Origin: Dinoroseobacter sp.
GTDB lineage: Bacteria > Pseudomonadota > Alphaproteobacteria > Rhodobacterales > Rhodobacteraceae
NCBI GenBank assembly: GCA_030066795.1
Contig: JASJAW010000017.1
Span: forward strand, 22,959 to 86,958
Length of the DNA stretch: 64,000 nt
Reading direction: 5' to 3'
The notes below the pieces were generated by a model, which was given only the letters and a program-made list of their open reading frames with translations, searched no databases and was not told where the DNA came from. The translations under genes and the position numbers were made by a program. Position 1 is the first letter of the stretch. Every line of letters begins with the position of its first letter. Shown in pieces: positions 53,173 through 62,144 of this stretch.

Positions 53173-53525
53173 TCTGGGCCATTTTCGTTTTGCTGGCTGC
53201 CCAGTTGGTTGGGGAGGTGATAGCGCGCTCGCTCGGGCTGCTTGTGCCCGGCCCGGTGCTGGGGCTGTTGCTCTTGCTGGCTGCCCTGCTTCTTGTGCCC
53301 AAACTCGCCGACTCGATCCGCCCAACGGCCAGTGGTTTGCTGTCGCATCTGTCGCTGCTCTTTGTGCCCGCCGGGGTTGGGGTTGTCGCGCATCTGGACG
53401 TTCTTGGCGCGAACGTTGGCGCCTTGCTGGCAGCGCTTGTTCTGTCGACGCTACTTGCAATTGTTGTCGGAGCTCTGGTGTTCGTGGGCGTGGCGCGACT
53501 GATGGGACCAGGCGGTAATGACTGA
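53169..53525 (+). CDS. CidA/LrgA family membrane protein
   Basis: VPGPVLGLLLL, HLSLLFVPAGVG. Confidence 0.9.
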   Translation: MIWAIFVLLAAQLVGEVIARSLGLLVPGPVLGLLLLLAALLLVPKLADSIRPTASGLLSHLSLLFVPAGVGVVAHLDVLGANVGALLAALVLSTLLAIVVGALVFVGVARLMGPGGND

Positions 53526-54234
53526 GTTGACCGATATCTGGGTCTATCTCGCGTCCGAACCGCTTTTGTGGCTCACGGCAACACTCGGTGCCTATCTTGC
53601 CGGAGACGCACTGTTCAAAGCCTCTGGACGGATGCCCTTGGTCAACCCTGTTCTGATCGCGGTCGCCCTGCTGGCGCTCGTTTTGTGGGCCACGCGAACG
53701 CCCTATCCGGTCTATTTCGAAGGCGCGAAATTCGTCCATTTCATGCTGGGGCCTGCGACGGTCGCCTTGGCTGTGCCGCTTTGGGCCAACCTTGGACAGG
53801 TTCGCAAAACGGCCGTGCCTATGGCCGCCGCACTACTGGCTGGGTCCGTGACAGCTATGGTGTCCGCCTTGGCGCTGGGCTGGGTCTTTGGCTTGCGGGG
53901 GGAGGTGCTGCTGTCACTCGCGCCAAAATCTGCGACCGCACCGGTGGCGCTTGGAATTTCAGAAGCGATCGGGGGGCTGCCGACACTGACGGCTGTTCTT
54001 GTCATCCTGACGGGGATCATCGGCGCGGTGTTTGTGACACCTTTGCTGAACCTGCTGCGCATTCGCGACTGGCGCGCCCGAGGATTTGCCACCGGTGTCG
54101 CTGCCCATGGGATCGGGACAGCGCGCGCATTTCAGGTCAATGAAACGGCCGGGGCATTTGCCGGTATCGGGATGGGCGTGAACGCCGTCCTGACAGCCGT
54201 TCTGGCGCCTTTGATAATCTCACTGTTTTTCTGA
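53518..54234 (+). CDS. LrgB/CidB family membrane protein
   Basis: LGPATVALAVPL, SLAPKSATAPVA, G.AAHGIGTARA. Confidence 0.92.
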   Translation: MTELTDIWVYLASEPLLWLTATLGAYLAGDALFKASGRMPLVNPVLIAVALLALVLWATRTPYPVYFEGAKFVHFMLGPATVALAVPLWANLGQVRKTAVPMAAALLAGSVTAMVSALALGWVFGLRGEVLLSLAPKSATAPVALGISEAIGGLPTLTAVLVILTGIIGAVFVTPLLNLLRIRDWRARGFATGVAAHGIGTARAFQVNETAGAFAGIGMGVNAVLTAVLAPLIISLFF

Positions 54235-54244
54235 GGGAGAGACG

Positions 54245-54859
54245 ATGTCTGACCAATCCGACGCCGCGCGGCACAACGCAAAGATGGCCAAGAAGAAAGC
54301 CGCGCGGGACAAGATCATGGCCACCAAGACGGACGAGAAAGGGTTGGTGATCGTCCATACTGGCAAGGGCAAGGGAAAGTCGTCCGCCGCCTTCGGGATG
54401 ATCTTTCGCTGTATCGCACATGGCATGCCTTGCGCGGTCGTGCAGTTTATCAAGGGTGGCATGGGCACCGGCGAACGCGATCTCATCCTGTCGCATTTTT
54501 CCGATATGTGCGCCTTCCATACGATGGGCGAAGGGTTCACTTGGGAAACTCAGGATAAGACCCGCGACGTCGAGATGGCACAAGCGGCGTGGGACAAGGC
54601 CAAAGACCTGATCCGTGATCCTGCAAACCGAATGGTCCTGCTGGACGAGATCAATATCGCGTTGCGCTATGACTATTTAGACGTCGTCGAAGTGGTGGCT
54701 TTTCTGAAGGCCGAGAAACCCCCGATGACCCATGTTGTTCTGACAGGGCGTAACGCGAAGGAAGAATTGATTGAACTCGCCGATCTGGTCACGGAAATGG
54801 AGTTGGTCAAACATCCGTTCCGGTCTGGAGTCAAAGCCCAGCAAGGCGTCGAATTCTGA
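54245..54859 (+). CDS. cobO: Cob(I)yrinic acid a,c-diamide adenosyltransferase
   Basis: HTGKGKGKSSAAFG, QFIKG, MGEGFTW, LDEIN.A, TGRNA, ADLVTEM..VKHPF..GVKAQ.GVEF. Confidence 0.96.
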   Translation: MSDQSDAARHNAKMAKKKAARDKIMATKTDEKGLVIVHTGKGKGKSSAAFGMIFRCIAHGMPCAVVQFIKGGMGTGERDLILSHFSDMCAFHTMGEGFTWETQDKTRDVEMAQAAWDKAKDLIRDPANRMVLLDEINIALRYDYLDVVEVVAFLKAEKPPMTHVVLTGRNAKEELIELADLVTEMELVKHPFRSGVKAQQGVEF

Positions 54860-54931
54860 GTTGATGGCCCGATGGCGTATTTCCTTTTAGATTCGCTGCG
54901 TTAGGGTTGAGGCGAAGAGAGGAGACACCAA

Positions 54932-55720
54932 ATGATCCGTCTGGCAGCAAACCTGACCATGCTTTTTACAGAGCATCCTTTCCTCGACCGTTTTGCAGCC
55001 GCGGCGGAGGCTGGTTTCACGGCGGTGGAGTTTCTGTTCCCTTACGACCACTCACCTGAGGCAGTTGCACGGGCAAAGCAGTCGGCAGGTCTGGAGCAAG
55101 TCCTTTTCAACCTGCCGCCAGGGGACTGGGAGGCAGGGGACCGGGGTATGGCGGCTGTTCCGGGCCGCGAGGCCGAGTTTCGCGATAGTGTTGAGCGCGC
55201 GTTGGAATATGCGGAGGCACTGCAGTGCCCGTGTCTGCACGCCATGGCGGGAGTTTTGCCAGAGACAACAAATCCCGCTCAAAGCTGGGACATCTATCGC
55301 GAGAACCTTGCTTTTGCCGCGCAGGCTGCAGAGGCGCAGGGTCGGCATATCTTGATTGAACCAATCAATACCAAGGTAACGATGCCCGGATATGCTTTGG
55401 CGACCACGCAAGCGGCTGAAGCGATCCTTCACCTGTTGAACAAACCGGCGCTTGGCCTGCAACTGGATCTCTTTCACATGGAGATTATGGAAGGTGTGAC
55501 CGAGGACCGTATTCGCGCCCTGATGCCGCTCATCAAACACGTACAGATCGCGGACACGCCGGAGCGTCATGAGCCGGGCACGGGGACACTCGGGTTCCCC
55601 GAGCCATTACAAATACTCGCGGGCCTTGGATACGATGGCTGGATCGGTTGCGAGTATACGCCTGCCGGCAACACGTTAGCTGGGCTGGGTTGGGCCAAGC
55701 CCTATCTGGAGGCCGCTTAA
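54932..55720 (+). CDS. Hydroxypyruvate isomerase / 2-oxo-tetronate isomerase (Hyi/OtnI family)
   Basis: AANLTMLFTE.PFLDRF.AAA.AGF.AVEFLFPY, LIEPIN, QLDLFH, HVQIADTP.RHEPGTG, GWIGCEY. Confidence 0.88.
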   Translation: MIRLAANLTMLFTEHPFLDRFAAAAEAGFTAVEFLFPYDHSPEAVARAKQSAGLEQVLFNLPPGDWEAGDRGMAAVPGREAEFRDSVERALEYAEALQCPCLHAMAGVLPETTNPAQSWDIYRENLAFAAQAAEAQGRHILIEPINTKVTMPGYALATTQAAEAILHLLNKPALGLQLDLFHMEIMEGVTEDRIRALMPLIKHVQIADTPERHEPGTGTLGFPEPLQILAGLGYDGWIGCEYTPAGNTLAGLGWAKPYLEAA

Positions 55721-56673
55721 TGCATGTCATGATCCTCGGCGCGGCTGGCATGCTTGGGCAAAAGCTGGCCCGCGCCGTAGACGCAGGCGCAATTCCTGGC
55801 GTATCGCATCTTACGCTCGTCGATCGCGTTCAGCCGCAGCCAGTCCCGGGGCTGCCTTGTGTCTGTGAGGCGGTTGACTTGGAAACGCCTGATGTGGTGG
55901 AGGCCCTGGTTGAGCGCGATCCCGATCTGGTGTTTCATCTTGCGGCTGTGGTGTCTGGGCAAGCCGAGGCTGAATTCGAAACCGGCTATGCTGTGAACCT
56001 CGACCTGACGCGTCGGTTGTTGGAGGCGATCCGCCATCGGGCGCGGGTTCCGCGGCTTGTTTTTTCGTCGTCCTTGGCAGTTTATGGGCCCCCGTTCCCC
56101 GATATTGTACCCGAGGACTTCGTCCTGAGGCCGGCTTCCAGCTACGGCGTTCAGAAAGCGATGTGCGAACTGCTCGTGTCGGACTACACGCGCAAAGGCT
56201 TTGTGCACGGGACAAGTGTCCGGCTGCCCACCGTATCCATCCGGCCCGGGGCGCCCAACGCGGCAGCCAGCGGGTTTCTGTCTGGTATTCTGCGGGAACC
56301 GCTGGCGGGCAAGGATGCTGAATTGCCGGTTGACGAGAACACACGTGTCTGGATCGCCTCTCCGGATGTCAGCGTGCAAGGGCTCGCCCACGCGGGGGCC
56401 GTTGAATGGACGCGCATCTCTGCATACCCCGTTTTAAACCTGAGAGGGATTTCGGTAACTGTTTCTGAAATGCTGGACGCCTTGGAAGCAGAAGCAGGTC
56501 CTGCTGCCCGTGCGCGGGTGCAGCGGGTGGACCGCCCTGAAGTGGCGCGCATTGTTCAGTCTTGGCCGCAGGCATTTGAAACCAAAGCCGCCGAAGAACT
56601 TGGGTTTCCCGTGAATGCATCCATTGCAGATATCGTCCATGAGTACGTATCCCAATTCGGCAAGACGATCTGA
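55720..56673 (+). CDS. NAD-dependent SDR, D-erythronate dehydrogenase (DenD)-like
   Basis: ILGAAGMLG, FHLAAVVSGQAE..F..GY.VN, P.SSYGVQK..CELL..DY.RKG, RLPT...RPG.PNAAASGF.S.I.REPL. Confidence 0.8.
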   Translation: MHVMILGAAGMLGQKLARAVDAGAIPGVSHLTLVDRVQPQPVPGLPCVCEAVDLETPDVVEALVERDPDLVFHLAAVVSGQAEAEFETGYAVNLDLTRRLLEAIRHRARVPRLVFSSSLAVYGPPFPDIVPEDFVLRPASSYGVQKAMCELLVSDYTRKGFVHGTSVRLPTVSIRPGAPNAAASGFLSGILREPLAGKDAELPVDENTRVWIASPDVSVQGLAHAGAVEWTRISAYPVLNLRGISVTVSEMLDALEAEAGPAARARVQRVDRPEVARIVQSWPQAFETKAAEELGFPVNASIADIVHEYVSQFGKTI

Positions 56674-56698
56674 GCAATCCTGTCTTATCGCCCGGCAA

Positions 56699-57478
56699 TC
56701 ATTCGTTCTTTGTCACCACGGACTTGAGCCGTGCATGGGGCGTTATCTCGGAGCTGTCATCGAGGGGTTTGTCCCATTGTGCAAGAAGGCTTTGCGCGAA
56801 GCTCTCCAAATGCCGGCGCATCGCAAGCCGGGCGAGGTCGGCGTCGCCGGCGGTCAGTGCCTCTATTATGCGTTGATGCTCGGCAACAAGGTCGGGTCGG
56901 CGGTTGGTGTCTTCTACCGCAGTTTCAATTGCTGACCAGAGGGGGTCATTTACGCGATCTGACCAGAACCGCGCTGCGAAGTCCGCGAGGACTCCGTTCC
57001 CTGCAGCTTCAGCTATTGTTGCGTGAAAAACCTGATCAGCCTCCGCATTCCAACGGGAGGCAATCTCCATCTCGTTGGCCGCATCCCACAACATGTCCAG
57101 TTGTGCTGGCGTGATTTGCTCTGCCGCCAAAGCTGCCAGCTCGCCCTCGATGATCCGACGTGCATCAAGGGTTTCAAAGGGACCGTGCGAAAAGTCCCTC
57201 TCCGCCTCTAGGCTTTCTTTTGGCAAAGATTTGCGAGGCGCCTGATTGGCTTCAGTTGCAACAAAAGCACCAGACCCAAAACGTGTTTCGAGATAGCCCA
57301 TGACCTCCAGCGCGATAAGCGCTTCGCGCAAAGTCGCTCGGCTGACTCCAAGTTGATCAACGAGAACGCGGTCCGGAGGGAGTTTCTTGCCCGGCGGCAG
57401 AGTCCCGTCCTCGATCTTTGCAATCAGGGCGTCAGCCACCAGCCGGTAGCGGGGGGCCTGTGGAATAGGGTCGAACAT
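56699..57478 (-). CDS. GntR/FadR family transcriptional regulator
   Basis: KLPPDR.L...LGVSRATLREAL..LE..G, FCD domain with D..FH..IAEA.GN and EH..I. Confidence 0.92.
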   Translation of the reverse strand: MFDPIPQAPRYRLVADALIAKIEDGTLPPGKKLPPDRVLVDQLGVSRATLREALIALEVMGYLETRFGSGAFVATEANQAPRKSLPKESLEAERDFSHGPFETLDARRIIEGELAALAAEQITPAQLDMLWDAANEMEIASRWNAEADQVFHATIAEAAGNGVLADFAARFWSDRVNDPLWSAIETAVEDTNRRPDLVAEHQRIIEALTAGDADLARLAMRRHLESFAQSLLAQWDKPLDDSSEITPHARLKSVVTKNE

Positions 57479-57551
57479 AATCGTTTCCGTGCTAGGTTAC
57501 GCCAGACTAAACAGGATGGCTGGACTCCGAAACCCGTATTGTGTAATTGCA

Positions 57552-57568
57552 AGATTGTCTGACAATCT
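57552..57568. promoter_or_regulatory. Putative GntR/FadR operator
   Basis: Perfect 17-bp palindrome AGATTGTC-T-GACAATCT containing the FadR-subfamily core TNGT-N3-ACNA, between the divergent gntR and dehydrogenase genes. Confidence 0.65.
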
Positions 57569-57607
57569 GGGCGGGGTGGCCCAACGACCTGTGGGAGGAA
57601 GCATTCA

Positions 57608-58492
57608 ATGGTAAAAGCAGCATTCGTGGGCCTTGGTGTGATGGGATACCCGATGGCAGGGCATCTCAAATCGGCAGGTCACGAGGTGACAGTCTACAAC
57701 CGCACTACTGCCAAAGCGGAAAAATGGTCCGCTGAACATGGAGGTGCGTTTGCTCCGACACCGGCCGAGGCGGCTCAGGGCGCAGAGTTCGTTATGACCT
57801 GCGTTGGGAATGATGATGACCTGAGATCGGTTGTGTTCGGAGACGCGGGCGTTCTTGCTACGATGTCGTCTGGCGCGACTTTGATTGATCACACGACGGC
57901 GTCCGCAGACGTGGCGCGTGAAATCGCAGGTATCTGTGCTGATAAAGGCATTGGGTTCGTTGATGCGCCTGTCTCGGGCGGACAGGCTGGGGCCGAGAAC
58001 GGACAGTTGGCGATTATGTGTGGCGGTGCCGAGACTGACTACGCAGCCGCGGTTCCGGTTATGGACGCTTATGCCAAAGCAACCTCGCATTTTGGAGACG
58101 CAGGCGCGGGGCAGCTCACAAAAATGGTGAACCAGCTCTGCATTGCCGGCCTCGTTCAGTCGATCTCTGAGGGGCTGTTCTTTGCTATGGAAGCCGGATT
58201 GGACGCAAAAAAGGTGGCCCAGCTTGTCGCGCAGGGTGCCGGCGGATCTTGGCAACTCGCCAATCGCCATGAGACGATGGTTGACAATGAATTCAATCAC
58301 GGGTTCGCCGTGGATTGGATGCGCAAAGATCTTGGAATTGCGCTCGATCAGGCGAAAGCCATGGGCGTATCGCTACCGGTCGCGGCGCTGGTGGATCAGT
58401 TCTACTCCGAAGTTCAGCAGATGGGTGGAGGGCGCTGGGACACATCCAGCCTGATCCAGCGATTCCGCAAAATGAAGGGTATGGACGTGTGA
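57608..58492 (+). CDS. NAD(P)-dependent beta-hydroxyacid dehydrogenase (GarR/GlxR/MmsB family)
   Basis: FVGLGVMGYPMA.HL, YNRT, DAPVSGG..GA..G.L..M.GG, G.GQLTKMVNQ, KDL.IAL. Confidence 0.9.
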   Translation: MVKAAFVGLGVMGYPMAGHLKSAGHEVTVYNRTTAKAEKWSAEHGGAFAPTPAEAAQGAEFVMTCVGNDDDLRSVVFGDAGVLATMSSGATLIDHTTASADVAREIAGICADKGIGFVDAPVSGGQAGAENGQLAIMCGGAETDYAAAVPVMDAYAKATSHFGDAGAGQLTKMVNQLCIAGLVQSISEGLFFAMEAGLDAKKVAQLVAQGAGGSWQLANRHETMVDNEFNHGFAVDWMRKDLGIALDQAKAMGVSLPVAALVDQFYSEVQQMGGGRWDTSSLIQRFRKMKGMDV

Positions 58493-59733
58493 TCACCGAT
58501 CCGGAACCGTTCCTTCGGGGCCTGTTTCGCGCGGCCGTTGCGGCCGCCGACCCTGCGATTGCGGTTCCCAAATTCCTGCCGCCGAGGCCTGCAGGGCGGG
58601 TTGTCGTCGTGGGGGCGGGGAAGGCTTCCGCGAAAATGGCGCAAGCGGTCGAAGCTGCGTGGGGGCCATGCGAAGGCTTGGTCATTGTGCCCTATGGCAG
58701 TGCTCTTCCCACTGAAGGGATCGAGATCGTTGAAGCGCGGCATCCCGTTCCGGACGCCTCGGGCGAGGCTGCGGCTGCGCGTATCCTCAAGTTGGTATCC
58801 GATCTCATGGAGGGGGACCTCGCCTTATGCCTGATCTCCGGCGGGGGGTCTGCGCTTCTTGCCGCGCCAGGGGAGGGGATTTCGCTCGAGGACAAGCAGG
58901 CGGTCAACAAAGGCTTGCTGGCCTGTGGCGCTGCGATTGAAGAGATGAATTGCCTGCGCAAACACCTTAGCCGGATCAAAGGTGGACGGTTAACCGTCGC
59001 GGCATGGCCGGCACGGACTATAACGCTGACTATCTCCGACGTCCCGGGCGACGATCCTGCCACCATTGCCTCCGGACCCACAGTGGCCGACCCAACCACA
59101 GCGACCGACGCTCGGGAAATCGCGGCAAGGTATCATCTGGACTTGTCCGATGCCGTCGCGGCCTATCTGCAAACGCCAGCGGCCGAAACACCTGATCCTG
59201 CGCACCCAGCCTTTGCATCGGCGCAATGCCATATGATCGCAACTCCGCAGCATGCTTTGCTTGCGGCGGCGGACGCGGCCCGCGCCGAAGGAGTTACACC
59301 AATCATCCTGGGCGATGCGCTTGAAGGGGAGGCTCGCGAACTGGGCATCGTCATGGCAGGGATCGCGCGGGCGGCCGTGGATCACGGTAATCCGGTCAAG
59401 GGGCCCGCAGTCTTGCTATCGGGTGGGGAAACAACAGTCACGGTAAGAACAGCGCCCGGGCGTGGTGGCCGCAACTCGGAATTTTTGTTGTCCTTCGGAC
59501 TCCATGCCGTCGATGGCGTCAGTGCAATAGCCTGCGATACAGATGGGATCGATGGGTCAGAGGACAACGCGGGCGCCGTTTGGGTGCCGCGTGTTGCAGA
59601 GCATAAAGCGGATGCGCGCAGTTTTCTTGACGGCCATGATGCCTATTCCTTCTTCGAGAAGGCAGGCGGTCTGGTGATGTCCGGCCCGACTCATACCAAT
59701 GTGAATGACTTTCGGGCGATCTATTTGCCCTGA
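58489..59733 (+). CDS. Glycerate 2-kinase, TtuD/MOFRL type
   Basis: VVGAGKASAKMA, A.HPVPD, LISGGGSAL, RKHLS.IKGG.L, SDVPGDD...IASGPT, GGETTV, GGRNSE, TDGIDG, TNVNDF; GTGA overlap. Confidence 0.92.
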   Translation: MITDPEPFLRGLFRAAVAAADPAIAVPKFLPPRPAGRVVVVGAGKASAKMAQAVEAAWGPCEGLVIVPYGSALPTEGIEIVEARHPVPDASGEAAAARILKLVSDLMEGDLALCLISGGGSALLAAPGEGISLEDKQAVNKGLLACGAAIEEMNCLRKHLSRIKGGRLTVAAWPARTITLTISDVPGDDPATIASGPTVADPTTATDAREIAARYHLDLSDAVAAYLQTPAAETPDPAHPAFASAQCHMIATPQHALLAAADAARAEGVTPIILGDALEGEARELGIVMAGIARAAVDHGNPVKGPAVLLSGGETTVTVRTAPGRGGRNSEFLLSFGLHAVDGVSAIACDTDGIDGSEDNAGAVWVPRVAEHKADARSFLDGHDAYSFFEKAGGLVMSGPTHTNVNDFRAIYLP

Positions 59734-60899
59734 AGCGGTTTGGTTTCCGGGTTTATGGTCTTGACGTTTTTTGCAATCTCTAAAGCTTCAAGATGAACAT
59801 ATTCGAATTGGTTGTCCGGGAGTGTTTCAATAAACCGGAGTAGGGTTGACGAGCTTTCTGTATCAATATGGAGAGGCGACTTTTTCAAGAACATCAAGCC
59901 TCGGGTATTTATTGCATAATCCGGAAAGCAATAGCTTGCACCAATTCGGCTTACACAAGTCAGTATCAGGCGGAGTGCCTTGTCTCTATCAAAGTCTGGT
60001 TGTTCCAAAACGCTCTTCTTGAGCATTGCAAGCTTTGGGTCGGCAAAAATGATAATGCCGTCTGCAATCTCATAAAGCTGTTCGTCAGATAGCTTTGAAA
60101 GATCCGCCTTCAGTTCACCCATGCGAAAAGTTGAAGCATGTGTAAAGCCGTTTCGAAGTACCCATTTGGTAAGGCCCATTTCTCCTCTTCGTACAGTCCG
60201 GTCTTTTTCGTCCGTCAAAGGGAACCGTTTCCAGAAACGGTAGAACTTCGGGTTCTGGAGAATACGCTGTCCGAATAGTACTGCAAAGGAACCATAGTGA
60301 AAGTTCTTGTGTTTTTGATTGAATTTCCACTCTCCCGAAAAAACCTCATCTGTTTCTTCCCGCGTGGTACCTTGGCTCGAAGATGCCGCGGCATAGTCGA
60401 CCCCCAGGGCTTCCGCTTCCCGGATCCAGTTGGGGCCCGTGCCGATCGGGAACCAGGAAGAGTCGTTGAGCAAAGCTACGCGCTCTAGGTCCGAGAACCG
60501 GTCATGTAATTGAAGAATACCCTCACGATAAGCCCCGAAATCATAACCAATATTGGGTCGCTCTACACAGAGCCAGCACTTGGACAGTAGCTTTTTTCGA
60601 TCTTCATTCTCAAACGGAAGATTGGATACAATTATAGGTGCGTAACCTTGATCAATAATGTAGTCTAAACTCTTTTCATGGCTGTCGAGGAATCCATGTT
60701 TGGGGTAAACTACATAGATCGCAACTTTGGGGCTAAAGGCTATCGCTCCCGGATAGGTTTTAACATGCTTTCCGAATTTAAGGTCATAAGAATAAGAGCC
60801 GAAGAAGTACGAATAGTAAGCAATCCATACACTTGAGATTTGACGATTAATCCGGTCTATTTCTCGCTTAATCTTCCAGGCTGGTGGGAGTGAAATCAT
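59721..60899 (-). CDS. Rhamnan synthesis F (RgpF)-like protein, AT-rich
   Basis: IIVSN, ERPNIGYDFGAYREG, LLNDS.WFP, EMGLT.W; composition differs from flanks. Confidence 0.7.
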   Translation of the reverse strand: MISLPPAWKIKREIDRINRQISSVWIAYYSYFFGSYSYDLKFGKHVKTYPGAIAFSPKVAIYVVYPKHGFLDSHEKSLDYIIDQGYAPIIVSNLPFENEDRKKLLSKCWLCVERPNIGYDFGAYREGILQLHDRFSDLERVALLNDSSWFPIGTGPNWIREAEALGVDYAAASSSQGTTREETDEVFSGEWKFNQKHKNFHYGSFAVLFGQRILQNPKFYRFWKRFPLTDEKDRTVRRGEMGLTKWVLRNGFTHASTFRMGELKADLSKLSDEQLYEIADGIIIFADPKLAMLKKSVLEQPDFDRDKALRLILTCVSRIGASYCFPDYAINTRGLMFLKKSPLHIDTESSSTLLRFIETLPDNQFEYVHLEALEIAKNVKTINPETKPLQGK

Positions 60900-60996
60900 C
60901 TGAGTATCTTCGGTAGCTATTTCGATCTTTCAAGTTGAATTAACTTGCCTTTAAGACGACTAGTTTTTCTTGCGCCGCCGTATATGGACATGGACC

Positions 60997-61377
60997 TCAG
61001 GTAACAAAAGAACTGGGAAGCATTCTCTCAGTTCTCTGGTGAGCTCTCCCAGTTCCGGGCACTTTTTGCGCCGCGTAAACGCGCGTGCGTCTCACGGGCA
61101 ATCCGGACCGTCCGGCCATAGTTGCGCTGCCCTCTATGGAAGCGCAACTCTGAGGTTTCACCTTGGCACCGTACATAGACACAAGTGATCCCTGTCCAAC
61201 TCGTCCCTCAACCATTTTTTCGATGGCCCGGGCTTCCGACGTGCTGGGGGTGTTGTCCACCACCACGAGTGGGCAGCCCTGATGTGCTCGCTCCAGCATA
61301 TCTGGTATGACGCTCAGAAACCGAAAGGTCACCGAGATAACGGTTGTGCGCGCGTTTTCGGGAGAAATTGAAACCAT
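60997..61377 (-). pseudogene. Degenerate N-terminal fragment of a GT2-like glycosyltransferase
   Basis: First ~50 aa VISVTF...VIPDML.....PLVVVDN resemble a GT-A start; the rest has no GT motifs and ends early. Confidence 0.4.
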
Positions 61378-61631
61378 ATGCGTCCAGGGTCCAAATTCTT
61401 ACTCCCTAACCTAGTGGATCAGTCAACGCCACAGTTGGCTTGCCACTGCCGGATGACACTCTTGGCGACGTTGTTGAATGGGTCGGCTTGACAGAACCTG
61501 TTTCCAACGCGGGTTTGTAACCATTCTCGTCACTCTGAGCGTGTCTTCCGGGCGGGTGTGAACCTTGTGCCGTCCAAGAACGATTTTCTGGGCCTCCTTG
61601 AACCGGAGCGCGGGCCGGGCCACAAAGCCGT

Positions 61632-62144
61632 ATGATTACCCGCACGCATGTTAAAGGCGACGCGCCGTCGGTCGCGGTCTACTCGCCCTGTGAGCTTTAT
61701 CGCTACATGCTCACACGGACCTGGGATCCGGAAGGACTGAAGGTACTTTTTGTCATGCTTAACCCTTCAACCGCGACCGAGGTTCAAAACGACCCAACGG
61801 TTGAGCGGTGCGAACGCAGAGCGCGCGCGCTAGGATTTGGAGCTTTCAGGGTGTGCAACATCTTTGCGTTCCGTGCCACAGACCCGCAGGTCATGCGCAA
61901 AGCTGCAGATCCGATAGGACCGGACAATGACACGGCTATCGTCGGTGGCTGCAATTGGGCCGATAGCATCGTATGCGCTTGGGGCACACATGGACAGCAT
62001 CTGAACAGAGGGCCAGAGGTCGAGGCGCTGATGCGGGCCACCGGAAGGCCGCTAAACCACCTGGGGCTGTCGAAACATGGGCACCCAAAACATCCTCTCT
62101 ACATTTCGTACACACAACAACCGGTGCAGTGGGGCGCGGTATGA
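61632..62144 (+). CDS. DUF1643 domain protein
   Basis: YRY.L.R.W, FVMLNPSTA, DPTV.RC, NIFAFRATDP, CAWG, PKHPLY. Confidence 0.88.
   Translation: MITRTHVKGDAPSVAVYSPCELYRYMLTRTWDPEGLKVLFVMLNPSTATEVQNDPTVERCERRARALGFGAFRVCNIFAFRATDPQVMRKAADPIGPDNDTAIVGGCNWADSIVCAWGTHGQHLNRGPEVEALMRATGRPLNHLGLSKHGHPKHPLYISYTQQPVQWGAV

Noticed and set aside
54235-54244. Cobalamin riboswitch before cobO
   Set aside because: Only 10 nt separate lrgB and cobO; no B12-box is visible
61423-61645. 66-79-aa minus-strand ORFs upstream of DUF1643
   Set aside because: No SD or motif; one overlaps the DUF1643 start, so this is probably promoter DNA
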